A DNA stretch of 64,000 nucleotides from Octopus vulgaris (taxonomy: Eukaryota). The number at the start of each line of letters is the position of its first letter. Within the stretch, counting starts at the first letter, position 1. Below the pieces are notes generated by a model. It was not told the DNA's origin. It did no database searches and saw nothing but the letters and a program-made list of their open reading frames with translations. A program made the position numbers and the translations under genes. This document shows positions 42,808-56,762 of this stretch, in pieces. The stretch lies in NCBI GenBank assembly GCA_951406725.2, contig OX597816.1, positions 116,126,001-116,190,000 of the forward strand. Reading direction: 5' to 3'.

Positions 42808-42810
<3 letters not shown>
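42648..42810 (+). mobile_element. Short Penelope-pLTR-like remnant between (TA)n tracts: 21-bp perfect inverted repeat enclosing a hammerhead motif
   Basis: CTTTATTTAAAGCAGCAGAAA (42648-42668) / TTTCTGCTGCTTTAAATAAAG (42719-42739). Confidence 0.6.
42669..42706 (+). ncRNA. Degenerate type I hammerhead motif
   Basis: CTGT CCGATGA acagcaacgg GAAA CTCaGAG TA ACAG. Stems I and III pair, the core has U>C, and stem II is weak. Confidence 0.5.
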
Positions 42811-42861
<51 letters not shown>

Positions 42862-43096
42862 AACCAGAAAGAGATAGTAGAGGCTACTGAAAAACATAGA
42901 GTGGGTGAGCGAAATGACTAACAAATGGGTAGAAGTACAAACGTCTGTAATAAGTACTTGCGAATGGTTTCTCCATAAACACGCATACACATACACACAC
43001 ATGCACACACATATTTAGTTTCATTCGCGTATTTGCTTACACGTATACAACTGCATACATCCATACACAGACACAAATATATGTCAGTATATATAC

Positions 43097-43175
<79 letters not shown>

Positions 43176-43180
43176 CTGAC

Positions 43181-43211
<31 letters not shown>

Positions 43212-45030
43212 CTCACATACATGCATATATGTATACGCGCATGCGTCCGTGCATATATTCATGTAAATTCATACATATATATTGTAATCCTAGATTTTAT
43301 TGAACTATCTGGCGAGCATACAATGCTCAATTATAAATAAATAAATTTGTTAGAAGAGATGAAAATTCGACTGATGATCTCACTGCCCTAGAGACGCTTT
43401 ACTTAATTACCAGATGAATACGTGCATACGTTCATACATACATACATAGAGGTATACATACAGACAGACAGGTAGAGAGACAGACAGGCGGAAAGATAGA
43501 CAGACAGTCAGGTAGACAGGCAGGCAGGCAAGCAGATAAGCAGACAGTGTATGTGTCTGTGTGTGAGAGTATGGGTATCTAAAATCTTTAATATTATTAA
43601 TTAGATGTCAACTATTACAAACTTTCAGGTGATAATTAATGAGGTGTAGCTAAATTATTCTGAGATATTCATATTAAGATAACACACACACACACGCAAC
43701 TACACATATATACGCATTCACACGTATGCATATACAGGGTTACATATATGCATATATATACACACATACATACACACATATACACATATATGTGCATGTG
43801 TGCATGTGTATGTATATATGTATGACATGGTATGATATGCCCAGTCGTATGCAAATTCTGGCTGCATCATTCAGCTCGCCTTTTTCACCGAAGTTGTTCA
43901 TGACGTTGTTGTTGTTGTGATGCAATTCATGTAATTTATGTTACATACAATAGGGCCTCATGTACTAATACAGTACATTGAGAAATTTCGACTAACGAAC
44001 ATTATGACTGCATCTAGTAGTTAAAATCTTTGTGTGTATGTACGTTCTCCAAGTTTCATTTTTAAATGTTTGATGGCAGTAAACAATGCTCTTACATTAG
44101 CATTTAGGGCATTAACTAGAAAGACATGAACGTAAATATACAAGCAAACATTGTATGTTTGGTTTATGAATTTGTACACTTGCTTACGGTTCTTTTTTAT
44201 GCGTACCAATATATACCAAAATAGGTGCGATTTAGTGTCCTCATTCAACTAAAACATTAACACTGTATCAAATGTTCCCAGAAGATTCTTTCAGTATCCT
44301 GGTGAGACAGTATTATTTCATAGACCAATTGAAAAGCATTTTAATGAGTTGCAACGTCAAATCCATCATAAATGCGGGCGGAAAATAGCGACCAACCGTT
44401 CAAATTGACTTTCTCACTGTTCGAAAAGAACTTAAGATATTACAACAGCCGCTACTAAAATTAACACTACAAATATTGACCTCGCCCAAGGCTATTAGAT
44501 AGAGACCAGTATCCACAATCAAGTGAATTTTCTAATAAAAAATATATAACCTGCTAAAACTACTTTTATGAAAAGTTAATTTAATTAAATTCAATAAATA
44601 TTCTATTCTTTTATTGCATGACTAGATCACCTTAAACAGTGAAAACCGGTAGCATAAAATCATAAAAACGCACATTTTTCCCTTTTTTTAACTTATAAAG
44701 GTCTCAAACGATTTTTTCCATTTATCCTTTAAATAAATTTACTCGTGGGAAAACCTTTTCACTATATGTGTGTTAAGGAGGATAGAGAGGGAAAGAGAGG
44801 AAGATTGATATAAATATAGATATAGATATGCGAACATATCCATACATGCATACACTCATACATGCATGCATTTATACACACATGTGCAGGGTGGCAACAC
44901 ACACACACATATTAGGTAGCTAGATTTAAAGAATACCTGTTCACATGCAAACACACAAATACACACAAACATACACTTCTCGAAAGCTCTGTAAATTTGT
45001 CTTTATTATTCTTGGAAAATCTTTGATACA

Positions 45031-45113
<83 letters not shown>

Positions 45114-45320
45114 TTGTGTGTGAGTCTGCATGCTTTGTATATTTGCATAACTACGTATTTAGAATGACTCATACATATACATAATTAAATGTATACATCC
45201 CTATACATACACGTACATACATTCATATACACATATTAACCATGCATAGATACGTATCTACAATAAGCATATATACACGCATACATGAATATACACATGC
45301 ATACACTCATATATATACAC

Positions 45321-45351
<31 letters not shown>

Positions 45352-45977
45352 CACACAGATAACTACATATGAACGTAATGTATGTAAGTTCTTGCCAATG
45401 TATATGCACTTAAAAACAATTTAAGACAAGTTAAACGAATATTACTGCTTACCAATTTGATTACGTTTTTCTAAATAGCTTTTTAATTTGATTTTTGTTG
45501 TTGTTGTTAATATCGTACAGCGTCTCCCCACTTCTTCTGTCACTTGTCATACGACAAGTAAATTATTCTATCCCAGCATGCAATATCATCTCACCATCTA
45601 CGAGTTAGAACCTGAGAAGTAGAATCTCTTGTGATCTAGTTGATATCATTAACTCTTGTCTATCGTTTGTCAATCTTTGGGCCTGACAGCTTTGTCTAAC
45701 TCTTCGTGTGAATTGCTTCTCTCGACGTATGCTTTGTGTGCGTATGACTCTTCTCCGAGTAAGGATTTGTGTGCGTGCGTATGTGTATACAAACTTCTAT
45801 ACTGATGCAAACCAATCTATGTCTAAAATGTGCATGGATATGTACTTCTTTATTTATCTACTTACCTACCTACCTACATACCTACTTATCTACCCACCTA
45901 TATATATATATATATATATATATATTACAAGTTTCAGGCATTAGACTGCCCCCATGCTGGAGCCTCGACTTGAAGGT

Positions 45978-46084
45978 AAAAAATATGGAACACTTCATGA
46001 ATTTGCGTTTCATTTTGAGCAGGAACCACGCTAATCTTCACTTTATCGTTCAAATTTTATAATACGTACTACAGTAGCTAGCGC
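45978..46084 (-). pseudogene. U6: U6 snRNA retro-pseudogene, full length
   Basis: Reverse complement GCGCTAGCTACTGTAGTACGTATTATAAAATTTGAACGATAAAGTGAAGATTAGCGTGGTTCCTGCTCAAAATGAAACGCAAATTCATGAAGTGTTCCATATTTTTT aligns end to end with canonical U6 (about 80% by eye). The invariant ACAGAGA box is mutated to AAAGTGA. Confidence 0.9.
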
Positions 46085-46200
46085 AATTTATCTATGTGTG
46101 TGTGTGTGTATGTTTGTGTTTGTGTGTGCATATGTGTGCGTGTGTGAGCATTATACAAATCCATAAATATCGCTTTGGATACGCCTTGCATATGCATGAT

Positions 46201-46257
<57 letters not shown>

Positions 46258-46470
46258 ATGTATCTATGTATATTGTTATATTTCAGGATGGTCACTGTTT
46301 CTTGCCAAAATACACAGGCACTATGTGTTCGTTCTTCACTCGAATATAAAATCCGTGTGTTTATTTGACAAGAAAAGATGACCAGCCCGAAATATAACAA
46401 TATCTGTTTCGACACACGACTTCACATTAGGAATCTTGCAAAACAATATATATATATATATATATATATA

Positions 46471-47764
46471 CAGGGTCATCTCATAAATAATGCAGTTTTT
46501 CAATTGCATGAACTAAATTCGGAGTAGGGCGGGATAAACCACTTGCATCTCATCTTCTTGCTATAAAAGCAGGTAGTAATTTTACCTTGGTCTTATTCTT
46601 AGTGGAAGTTTTGAATTGTGCAGTTCGAATTTATCAATTATTTTTCAAAGCCATAATAGAAATGACAAAGGAGTGTATTCGGCATATTTTGCTTCATGAG
46701 TTCAATAAAGACAGCAACGCAATGAAAAATACGAGGAATATTAATGCAGCATATGGAGATTGGACAATAGGCGTAAGCCAGTGTCAATGGTAGTTCCAGA
46801 AATTCCTAACCGGAAACTACAGCCTAGAAGACGAGCCTTGTTCTGGAAGATCTGTAGAGCTCGACGAGGACGTCCTGCAAACCCTAGGAGAATAAATTCC
46901 CATCGTTATCTTTTGAGGAACTAGCAGAGAGCTTCGATTTGGTTATTCAACCTTTCATCGATACCTGCGTACCATCGGAAAAATCAGCAAATTGGATCAA
47001 TGGGTTCCTCTCAAACTTTCCTAGTCTAATAGCGCGCAGAGAGTAAATGTGTGATCTTCTTTGCTGTCACATCTCACGAATAAACCTTTTCGGGACTGAA
47101 TAGTGGTTGGTGACGAGAAATGGGTTCCCTATAAAAATGTCAAGCGCTGAAGAGAGCGGGTAGGAAAAGGGGGAACATTGGCAACCCAGGCTAAAGAAGA
47201 TCATCACCAACGTAAGCTATTGTTAACTGTTTGGTGGGATATAAAAGGTTTAGTTCACTTTTGAACTTTTAAACCCAAACCAAACGAAAGCAATAGAAAT
47301 CTTCTGCGAGTAGCTTGAGCGGCTCAAGTCGGCGCTAGAAGGAAAATTACCATTTTTTTGCTTCAAGGCGAAAGGTGTTCTTCCATCAGGAAAATGCTCG
47401 ACTACATACATCGAGGATGATATTCCAAAGGCTGGAGCAGTTTCAATGGGAAACGATGCCCCAGCTACCATATTCGGCGGATATTGTTCCATCTGATTAT
47501 CATTTATTCCGCACTCTTCAAAATCATTTGGACGGGAAAAAAAGATGAATTCTGTAGAAGACGGTCAGAACTGTATAGAAGGAATATTTTTCGTCACAGA
47601 CAAGTGAATTTTGGAAAGGGGCCTTGCAAGTATATTAGGTAGATGGGAGAGCATTGTAGAAAATGAATGAGAGTATATTTTAGTTTAAAAAATAAATTTA
47701 TTTATCTTAATTTTGAAACATAAAAGAAGTATAAAAAAACTATATTAGATATGAGATGGCCCAA
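46471..47764 (+). mobile_element. Full-length (~1.3 kb) mariner transposon, decayed
   Basis: TA-flanked TIRs CAGGGTCATCTCATAAATAATGCAGTTTTT / AAAAACTATATTAGATATGAGATGGCCCAA. Transposase remnants MTKECIRHILLHEF, WVP, GDEKW, HQENARLH, PYSADIVPSDYHLF (DD34D type) with multiple stops and frameshifts. Confidence 0.92.
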
Positions 47765-47794
47765 TAATAATAATATATTCTTTTATTCTGTTTT

Positions 47795-47975
47795 TCTTCT
47801 ACTTGTGTCATGGAGCACTGCCTTTAGTAGAACAAATCGACCACAGGATCTATTCTTTGTAAGCCTAATACTTATTCGATCGGAATCTTTTGCCGAATCA
47901 CTAAGTTACGGTGACGTAAGCACACCAACATCGGTGTCAATCGATGGTGGGTGTGGGGACAAACACAAACACAGA
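47795..47975 (-). mobile_element. SINE family B 3' part
   Basis: CATGGAGCACTGCCTTTAG..AAATCGACC..TCTTTTGCCGAATCACTAAGTTACGG. Confidence 0.7.
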
Positions 47976-48221
47976 ATTCATTCTAAATATGCAGTTTAGA
48001 TTAATTTATTCTTTCGTGGGACAACCTGATTTATAATGAGTAATATTTCAAAAAACTAGAGGAGGCCTACTCAAGTTTGATTTTGATTATGCTGATAAGA
48101 GTGTATTTTCTTATACTTTGAGTTTCCTATCTTTTTACCCCGCTGTTTTTCTTTGTTGGTCTCTCATTCTCTACATATATATTGCTCGCTCCTTGCTCTC
48201 CATATAATGTTCTCTCTCCCT

Positions 48222-48285
<64 letters not shown>

Positions 48286-48492
48286 CCTTCTCTGTCTCTA
48301 TCCTTCTCTTCCTCTCTGACTATTGATACTCCTTATTTCTGAATCTCTCATTCTCTCTTGCCCTCTTATTGCTGCTTCATTCTTCCTCTCATATTCATTC
48401 TTGTGATTTTACTTTCTTTTTCTTTCTAGTATTCTCTCTTTCTTATTACCCATTTCTTTTCTTTTCTCTTCCTCTCTCCTTATATCTCCATT

Positions 48493-48528
<36 letters not shown>

Positions 48529-51316
48529 ACTCTTTCTCTCTCCTTCTCATTCTTCGTTTATACGTCTCATCTGTTCTTCTTTCTATTGCTCAATGTTGTT
48601 CTTTTTCTTTTCCAAATCTTTCACTATTGCACTGTCTCACCCGCTCTGTCTTTCTATCGTTATATTTCTCTCCTTTTTTCTCACTTTCATGTTATCTCTC
48701 TCTCTCTCTTTGTCTCTTTCCCCTTTGTAGCTCTCATTTATGCTATCTCATTTCTTTCTTCCTTCTCGTTTTATCTCTCCCTATCTACATAGTAGGGGTG
48801 AATTATGGAAAAAGAAACGAAATACAGATAAATCTACACACATATACCACCCACGTACGCAGGCACACAATAATAGCGGGGAAGAGAAGAAGCGAGAGGA
48901 GAGACAGAGGTGAAAATGTAAATGCAGACATCTAACTGATTGAGGTTAAACTGCTTTGTTCTGGAGAGTTCCAATATCACATATAATTCTTCCTCGAGCA
49001 ACTTGGCGTGTGTTAGTTACTCGATACAAAGAAAACCTAGAAAAAAATACATATAATAATAATAAACGAATCTGATTTACATCATATTAATTATGGCGAT
49101 TGGTAGATGAAACTTCTGTTGTCGATGGAAACTTTGGTGAAAGAATATCATCAAATACAAAGTAGTGAGTTCTTAGACTGCTTTTTTTTTAAATATTCAT
49201 AATTTATTTATTCTATAGTTCTGAATACTCGATGTTAGTAATCACCATGTTCTTGAAGATTTCTCTCCTTCGACTCTACTTTTTTTTCTGCTGTCTTGTT
49301 TACATTTTCCCATATCACTGTTGGTTTGATAGGTGTATAATAGAGTCTCATTTCGGCTGTCTCAGTCCTTGTTGGATGCTTTTAATAAAAATTGAATTCA
49401 TGGATGTCATGCCGTGTCTATTGCAGTTAGATCACGCATATCTAAATATTTATTGCTCCTTTTCACCGCAACTGTTTATCACTAACTTTGTCATGGACCT
49501 CACTTTGATCTACTTTTCAATTAGCCATTGATCAAATTTAACTACTTCACTGCACAATCTTCTTTAACTCTGTCCAGACCACTACTCAACTTCAATTATA
49601 TCTACTTACTTCTGACTACAGGATGCGAAACGACTTATGGCCACCATTTATGTGATCAATTTATCACCAGCTGTTATAACCACCAACATTAATTATTACC
49701 AGTGAAATTTTTTACCCTTTTGCACTTAATTGCAAAAGTTTAGCACTTCTTAGATTACATTTAATTTTATCCCACTTTTACCTTAATTACAATAATTCGC
49801 AAACTTAAATAAGTTAATGAACCCTGGACAGAAAAGAATTTTTTCCGAGTAAAGCCCTTCAAAACATATTGCTACTATTAACATTTCAGTTTCTCTACCC
49901 GAACGAGGCTTTTACTCGAAGCGTCAGTACCGTCTTCAACCCATGTCATACTAACGTATCCGATGACGTAAATCACTACTATATTCCCTGTAGTTTAATT
50001 ATGGCATCCTACCAAATCTCTACATTATTTTGACCAGACCTGGATTAATAATTAAATAATGTATGCACATGCTTTGGGTACAAGAGGTCTTCGCAGGTTC
50101 TTTTCCACGACCGGATTTGCTATGGTGTAAATGGTAAATTATAAAAACTACTTTTATAAAGAATAAAGCATTCTTGAAATTTTATTTTATTTATTTATTT
50201 ATCAATTTTGTCGATTTTACTTAAGTAAGTTATTTTCCTATATTGTTGACTGCACTTTGGTGTCAAATTAATTTATAAAAATGGCAAGTAATATCTAATA
50301 CGAAAACTGAATTTTTTCAGTCTATCGTTTTACATTCAGCATTTATTTAGTCTTGTCAGTTAAACTCTGGCTCTGTTTTGATGCTTGTTACTTTTTGCAC
50401 ATTTTTTTAATATCGACAGTTCAGTTCCGATTAACACTGAGCTTAATTATTGAGAAAAGGTTTTCTTTTAACTTTCACTTATTCAGGTCGTCGACTCAGC
50501 AACAGAATTTTGTTCTCGACAGATAAGGGCAATGAATTAATATGTCGTGTACAATATAAGCACTATTAGTTAAAGGATTGCAAAATAAATTTTGTCTTTT
50601 TCAGAAGAGACCGCTCTGCATACACACATATATACACAAACACACGTGCGCGCACATACACACAACATACAGCTCTCTGTCTATTTATATGTACAGCATT
50701 CATATAAAGCTCAAATTGAACCATTACTCATGAAATTTCATATAATTTATTAACCTTAAGATATTTATATTTTTCATTCCTTTTTTATTTTTGCTGTTCC
50801 TTCTGGTTTTATATAATTTTGAAGAAAGCTTCGTTTCTCTGTCTATACTACAGAACCATTTATTATTAATTTATTTTCAATTCTACGTAGCTATTTTAGA
50901 CGCAATTAATATTTGTGTAGGTATTTGATTACAAATTCTACATTGATAATAATAATTTATTAGTTGTTATAAATGAGCATTACTTTATCTCAGACAGCGT
51001 GAAATTCAATAACTTCCAATTCTGTAAGAATTCAAATATGTTATTGCGTTCAAATGAAAACAATATTGTCCATAAAATTGTCGCTTGTGAGTGTAGTGTA
51101 ACTTCGCTTTTAAGTTGAAAAGAAAATATTTATCAGACACCTGTCATTGGATAGTATAAATTTCCAATGATAAAAATCATTTATTCAAGATGGAATACAT
51201 AAATAATGTTGTTGCTATTATTGCTTATCCTCACTTCCGCATTGATTGGAGAGGTCTATGATCAAAAGCTTTTCAACTGTGATAACCCAGTCTTTTGATA
51301 CAAATAGAAGCAAGGA

Positions 51317-51465
51317 ATTCCGCCGAGGTCGACTTTACCTTTCATCCTTTCGGGATCGATTACATAAGTACCAGTTACGCACTGGGGTCGTTATAATCGA
51401 CTTAATCCGTTTGTCTGTCCTTGTTTGTCCCCTCTGTGTAGCCCTTTGTGGGCAGTAAAGAAATA
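51317..51465 (+). mobile_element. SINE family A internal module
   Basis: TTCCGCCGAGGTCGACTTTACCTTTCATCC...TTAATCCGTTTGTCTGTCCTTG. Confidence 0.85.
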
Positions 51466-51639
51466 AGAAGCAAGGTAACGGTTTGGTAGAATGCTTTGCA
51501 ATAACCAGATAGAATGCTTTGCAATAACCATTCCAGCTCGGTGCACCCTCAGTTTAAGTATATTTCGTGTCAACTTTGCTTTTCACAATATGAAACATTC
51601 TGTTTTGTTTTTTACTTCTTTTTTTTTCTATTGTACGCA

Positions 51640-51840
51640 CGTGGCCTGAAATCTTTTTTTGTGAAAGAGGCTAGACGAATGCATAGAAACTAGTACACAG
51701 CTGGTACTTATTTGATCAACACCGGAAGTATAAAAGACAGAGTGAGCCTGTGCAGCATTTGAACTCAGAACGTAAAGTCGGGGCAAATACTGTTAAGTAT
51801 TTTGTCCGGCGTACAATCGATTCTGTCACCTCGTCCTCTT
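51640..51840 (-). mobile_element. SINE family A, old copy
   Basis: CTGGTACTTATTT..TTTGAACTCAGAACGTAAAG..TTTTGTCCGGCG..GATTCTGTCACCTCG. Confidence 0.65.
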
Positions 51841-52309
51841 TCCCAATATGAAATTTTACTAGCTTCTTAGTTTTTCAGATATTTAATTGAAATAATTCTC
51901 ATCATATAAACAAATATAATTTACTAAATCCTATAATTACTTTTGAAGAAGAATTAACACTAATCGATGAAACCATTAGGAGTGGATTCAATATTACTTC
52001 TATAGAAGAACGGTGAATGGCACAACCAGGGAAGCGTAGGATAAAAAAAACTTAGTTATTTAGTTTTGTCGCCTTGTTTTCAGTCCATGTTTCCAAGATT
52101 TGTTTTTATTTTCATCTTTAAGGCGTCGAAAATGTAAAGTACTAAGCAAGTACATCGACTGTACTTCACACCTCTATCATTTATGATGTTCTCCCGCTGC
52201 AAGAAAGCATTCTGTTTATTGGGTACAGCGTATTTCAAATCGGTCTTGTGCTTAAATTTGAAGTCGGAAGCGTTTTGCTTTTGCATATAGCGTTTAATTG
52301 TAGGTGGGC

Positions 52310-52415
52310 CTAAGGCTATAGTAGAAAACACTTGCTCAGAGTATCATGCAGAGGGACTGAATGTGGAACCATGTGGTTAGGAAGCAAACTTCTCAACTAC
52401 ACAGTCATTCTTGCA
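52310..52415 (-). mobile_element. SINE family B 5' part
   Basis: GGCTATAGTAGAAAACACTTGC..GGGACTGAA..GGAACCATGTGGTT.GGAAGCAA. Confidence 0.7.
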
Positions 52416-54245
52416 CCTATTGTGTGTGTGTGTGTGTGTGTGTGCGTTTACATTTTTTGTTAAATCGAGTATTGTGTCCCACTATGTCTCAAAGGTAGCA
52501 TTTCATCAAACAGAGATCTATAAAATAAATGCCAGATTGAAATGCGCACTGAGGTCAGTATGATCAATTAAAGTTTTGAAAGTGATACCCATCATGGTGG
52601 CAGTCGAAAGGCTAAACCCAGTAAAATAATGTTTAAAAATTTAGTGGCTTCAGATTTAAGGTAATGAATTACTAACCACAAGATAATGAATTCAAAACTT
52701 CGTATTTGAACTTCCACTCCATACGATAACACTATATGTACATCTCAGTCTTCTTACATCCAGCAATTAAGAATTGTAATTTGAAGTTGAATAGTTAGCA
52801 GTAAGAAAGATGTCCAGATTTCTTTTTAAATTATTGTGCAAAATATTCTGAGAAACTTTTTTTTTTACCACAACAAAACACACACACACAGGTGTGTCTG
52901 TGGTAACTTAAGCTACTACAAATAGCATCCAAATCTCTCTTAAGACACACCCTTCTATCAAAATAAAAGCACAGATTTACAGTATTTCAGGAAGAAGAAC
53001 CGAATGCGATGGATCTACTACAAGAGAGGCTACTCTGTGCTAAACAAAACACAGACAAACATACTTCACATTTAAAGATTATCTACTAAATAATACAAGT
53101 AAAGTTGACGGTATATCTTCGAAGTTTCATTCCCTGCTAAAATTCCATGTATTTTAAACATGTTCCCATTATGTTCTATATAAGACAAAGATTGTTCAGG
53201 CTGAGTTGCTTTCCTTAGCTAATGACCGCGAAATTATACGATCCGGCCTCGTTTTCGAGGTTATTTTTGTAGTAAAAAAGAGTTGTTGTACAAAAAAAAA
53301 AAATGATTTGGTAGCCGAAAGATTACTGAATCTTTTGATACCTCATACGTCAAAATCGGCAACACAGTTTTCGAATCCATAGGGAACATACGCGCGCACA
53401 CACACACATACACACACGCACACAAACACACACAAACTCTGTTTTATGTATTAAGTTATGTGCGAGTTGACAAGCATTTGTATCCTGTTTCTAGTAGGTT
53501 GTAGGACCTCGATCGCTCACCCGCGATTGTTTCTGAAGTTACATAAACGATTCATTGGACCCTGTCTCTGTACCTGAGATATACACATATAGGGATACTT
53601 GAACTAATTTTGATATTTGGTTTCAAGATTTGCGAGTTAACTGGAAAAACGACGTAAAACGAAAGAATATTTTGTTTTAGTTATCAATACTAATGCTTAA
53701 AAAATGTTTTGTGCATATTTTTACATGTTTTGTATTCGATTTTTCCATTTCAGTAAGGGTGTTTTAGGTGCTTTTGTAATTTTCTGCTTTTAAATATATT
53801 CGCTGAAACCGACAAAACGTCGAAAAAGAGGTAACTCGAATGAAAGTAAGTTACGATATGCCTATATTTCTAATTTCATAAAAGAAAGTTACTTAAAAGT
53901 ATTTTCCAAATGAAGGGTAAACAGATTAATCTAGTATTGAAACTAGGACGGATTCAGCTTGCCAAAATATTCTGAATGGAAATTTCTTTTATCTGCTTTC
54001 GAAGTTTGTCATATAACTAACAAACACAAACACAAACACACGCACAAGCACACGCACACAAGCACACACACACATCTGCACCTTTTCTCGTGCACATTCA
54101 CACACGTACATGCTCACGCACAAATGTATGCACGTATATACAAGTACAAGACATACATATATATATATATCCCATTCCAGATGTAGTTGACGTTTTTATT
54201 GTTGATGGTCTTGTTAATGTTGATACTGCTACAATTTGTATCACC

Positions 54246-54303
<58 letters not shown>

Positions 54304-54588
54304 ACAACAGCAACAATAACAACACAAATAGTACTAGTTGTTGTTGTTTTTTATGTTGTTACTTCGCTCAAGGACACGCATACCTTAGATTAGTGATGTG
54401 TCTGTTTATTAATTGGAGAGGCTCAATTATAGCGAAGTTTTTGGCGGTCTTACTTCAACAAAATGTGCTGTAGGAAACTATAGTTAATTGGAAAACAGCC
54501 AGAGGTTACGATCCCTTAATTTGGAAATCCTACTGCATATATATATATATTTATACATAAATACATACATAAATATATAAATATGTAC

Positions 54589-54639
<51 letters not shown>

Positions 54640-54646
54640 GCAGATG

Positions 54647-54693
<47 letters not shown>

Positions 54694-54823
54694 GCATCTA
54701 TTTAAAAAAAATTGTGCGAAGTGAAATCTTATTTTTAAAAAAATGTTTTTAAAAAATTTACACAGAGTTAAAATGGAAGCTAACGAGACAAATCAGCAAA
54801 ACAAAGAAGGCATATTATGTATG

Positions 54824-54885
<62 letters not shown>

Positions 54886-55810
54886 TGTGTGTGTATGTTT
54901 GTATGCGTGAATGTATGTATGAATATATATATATATATATATATATAATACGTTCGCATATACATATGTGTGTGTTTGTGTATCTGTACATATAAGCATG
55001 TATATACACATATAGACACATACACACACATATACATACACGCATGTATGCATATGCATGTTGTTCGTATTTTTGTGCCTCTGTGTGTAACTGTGTAGTA
55101 TTTGTGTGTGCAACTGCATGTTAAAGTAAGCGTTGCTTGTTCTAATGTAATATTAACAGGAAATGCTCTGCTTTGGTTTATACATGAGAATTTGAACTGT
55201 AAATGTAATGAAGTGAACATATTCATGCATATTCAAATTGGATCGGGATTAAAGCACTTTAATGTTGGTAACTCCCCAGAGGCAGTGCCCTCACTCACAT
55301 AAAAATTGCCTACAAATTATTGGACAATTCAGAATATGTTTTTCAAAGATTCTTTCATGATAAAAATACATTTTTGTTGTGTGTGTCTTCTTTTGCTTGT
55401 TTCTCTCATTGGAATGCAGCCGTGCTGGGGCACCACCTTGAAAGTTTTAGTGGGAGAAGTTCACCCGTTACTTACATTTTAAGCGTAGCCTCTTTTACTG
55501 AACTGCTAAGCTACAGGGATCTAAACAAACCAACACCGGTTGTCAAGCAGCTGTGCGGGAAAACATTAATACAAAGACAGACACACACATAGATATATGC
55601 ATACGCATACTTACGCGTGCGTATGTCTGTCTGTATGTATGTATGTGTGTAAAGTGTGCGTGAGTATGTATCTTTGCATTTGCTTGTCACCTTCACGACT
55701 TTACAACCAATGCTTTTTCTGATTATGTTCTCCATAACTTAGCTGTCGGCATATAGGACGACAAAATAAGTATCAGATTTTAGAAAAATAAGTACGGGAT
55801 TGTGGTTTGC

Positions 55811-56239
55811 GGGGCTATTTTTGAGGACTGTGCCCCACTCGTGGGTGTTTCTAAACAAGTCACCCATATTTGTTTCATTTTCTCCGTTTTGTGCGTTTTT
55901 GCATCCGTAGATTTCTACTGAAGCAACAAACAGGCAATGAAGGCAAGTGAAACCCTCACCAGAAAACTCATTATGCTAAGTATAACAACTAAATGTCTGG
56001 TACACAGAAATATGTTATTAAGATGACTTATCTGTCGCATACTTTTTTTTCACTTTAAGTAAATTCTCTGATAAACGATTCTAATAGAAAGGCAGAAGAC
56101 ACCAGAAGCAAAAATAAGGAATATACATGCACAGTTAAATATAGAAGTGTAAAGCATAATTTGTTACATAGTCTCTATAATAAACATGATATTGAATGGA
56201 ATAATTCTCTGTTTGAACTTTTTTAATTACATATACATA

Positions 56240-56280
<41 letters not shown>

Positions 56281-56387
56281 TAGAAATCTATGGATGCACA
56301 AACGCACAAAACGGAGAACATGAAACAAATATGGACGACTTGTTCAGAAACACCTGCGAGTGGGGAACAATTCTCAAAAGTAGCTCC
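55811..56387. repeat. Inverted repeat, ~108-bp arms (55811-55918 / 56280-56387)
   Basis: CATATTTGTTTCATTTTCTCCGTTTTGTGCGTTTTTGCATCCGTAGATTTCTAC pairs with GTAGAAATCTATGGATGCACAAACGCACAAAACGGAGAACATGAAACAAATATG. Confidence 0.85.
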
Positions 56388-56663
56388 CAATTGTTCTTCC
56401 CCCAATTTCCTATGTCCTCGCAATTTACATAGTCCGAGGTATATTTGTAGAGAATTTCATTAAAATTTTAGTGACATCAGATCTTGTGAATATGATGAAA
56501 ACGACCTGTTGTCTCTAAAGCGTCAAAAATTTGATAAAATTGTCTACCGAAGAGATGAAAAGAATTTTTTAATAATTACTCATTCTGGAGTTTCCCCCTT
56601 TCTCTTATTGGTATACTAATCATTGTGTACAAAAGGTATACGATATATCCCTGCGTATGCCTA

Positions 56664-56762
56664 ACCAAAATATTACTATGCCCCACCAAAATATTACTAT
56701 GCCCCACCAAAATATTACCATGCCCTACCGGTGGGGCATACTCCCCACGTTGGGAATCATGG
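56664..56762 (+). mobile_element. hAT-like element end with 22-bp subterminal tandem repeats
   Basis: (ACCAAAATATTACTATGCCCC) x3, then GTTGGGAATCATGG, similar to the terminus at 57758-57771. Confidence 0.45.

Noticed and set aside
44000-44290. Possible GIY-YIG remnant (LVYIGTH) on the minus strand; also a possible RT remnant (KYDDDLLI) at ~11330-11440
   Set aside because: Single short motifs with stops nearby, not enough evidence.
45978-46084. Functional U6 gene
   Set aside because: ACAGAGA box mutated, many substitutions, upstream is microsatellite with no evident PSE/TATA.
56664-56730. 22-bp repeats as a CRISPR array
   Set aside because: Contiguous tandem repeats with no spacers, eukaryotic context, no cas genes.
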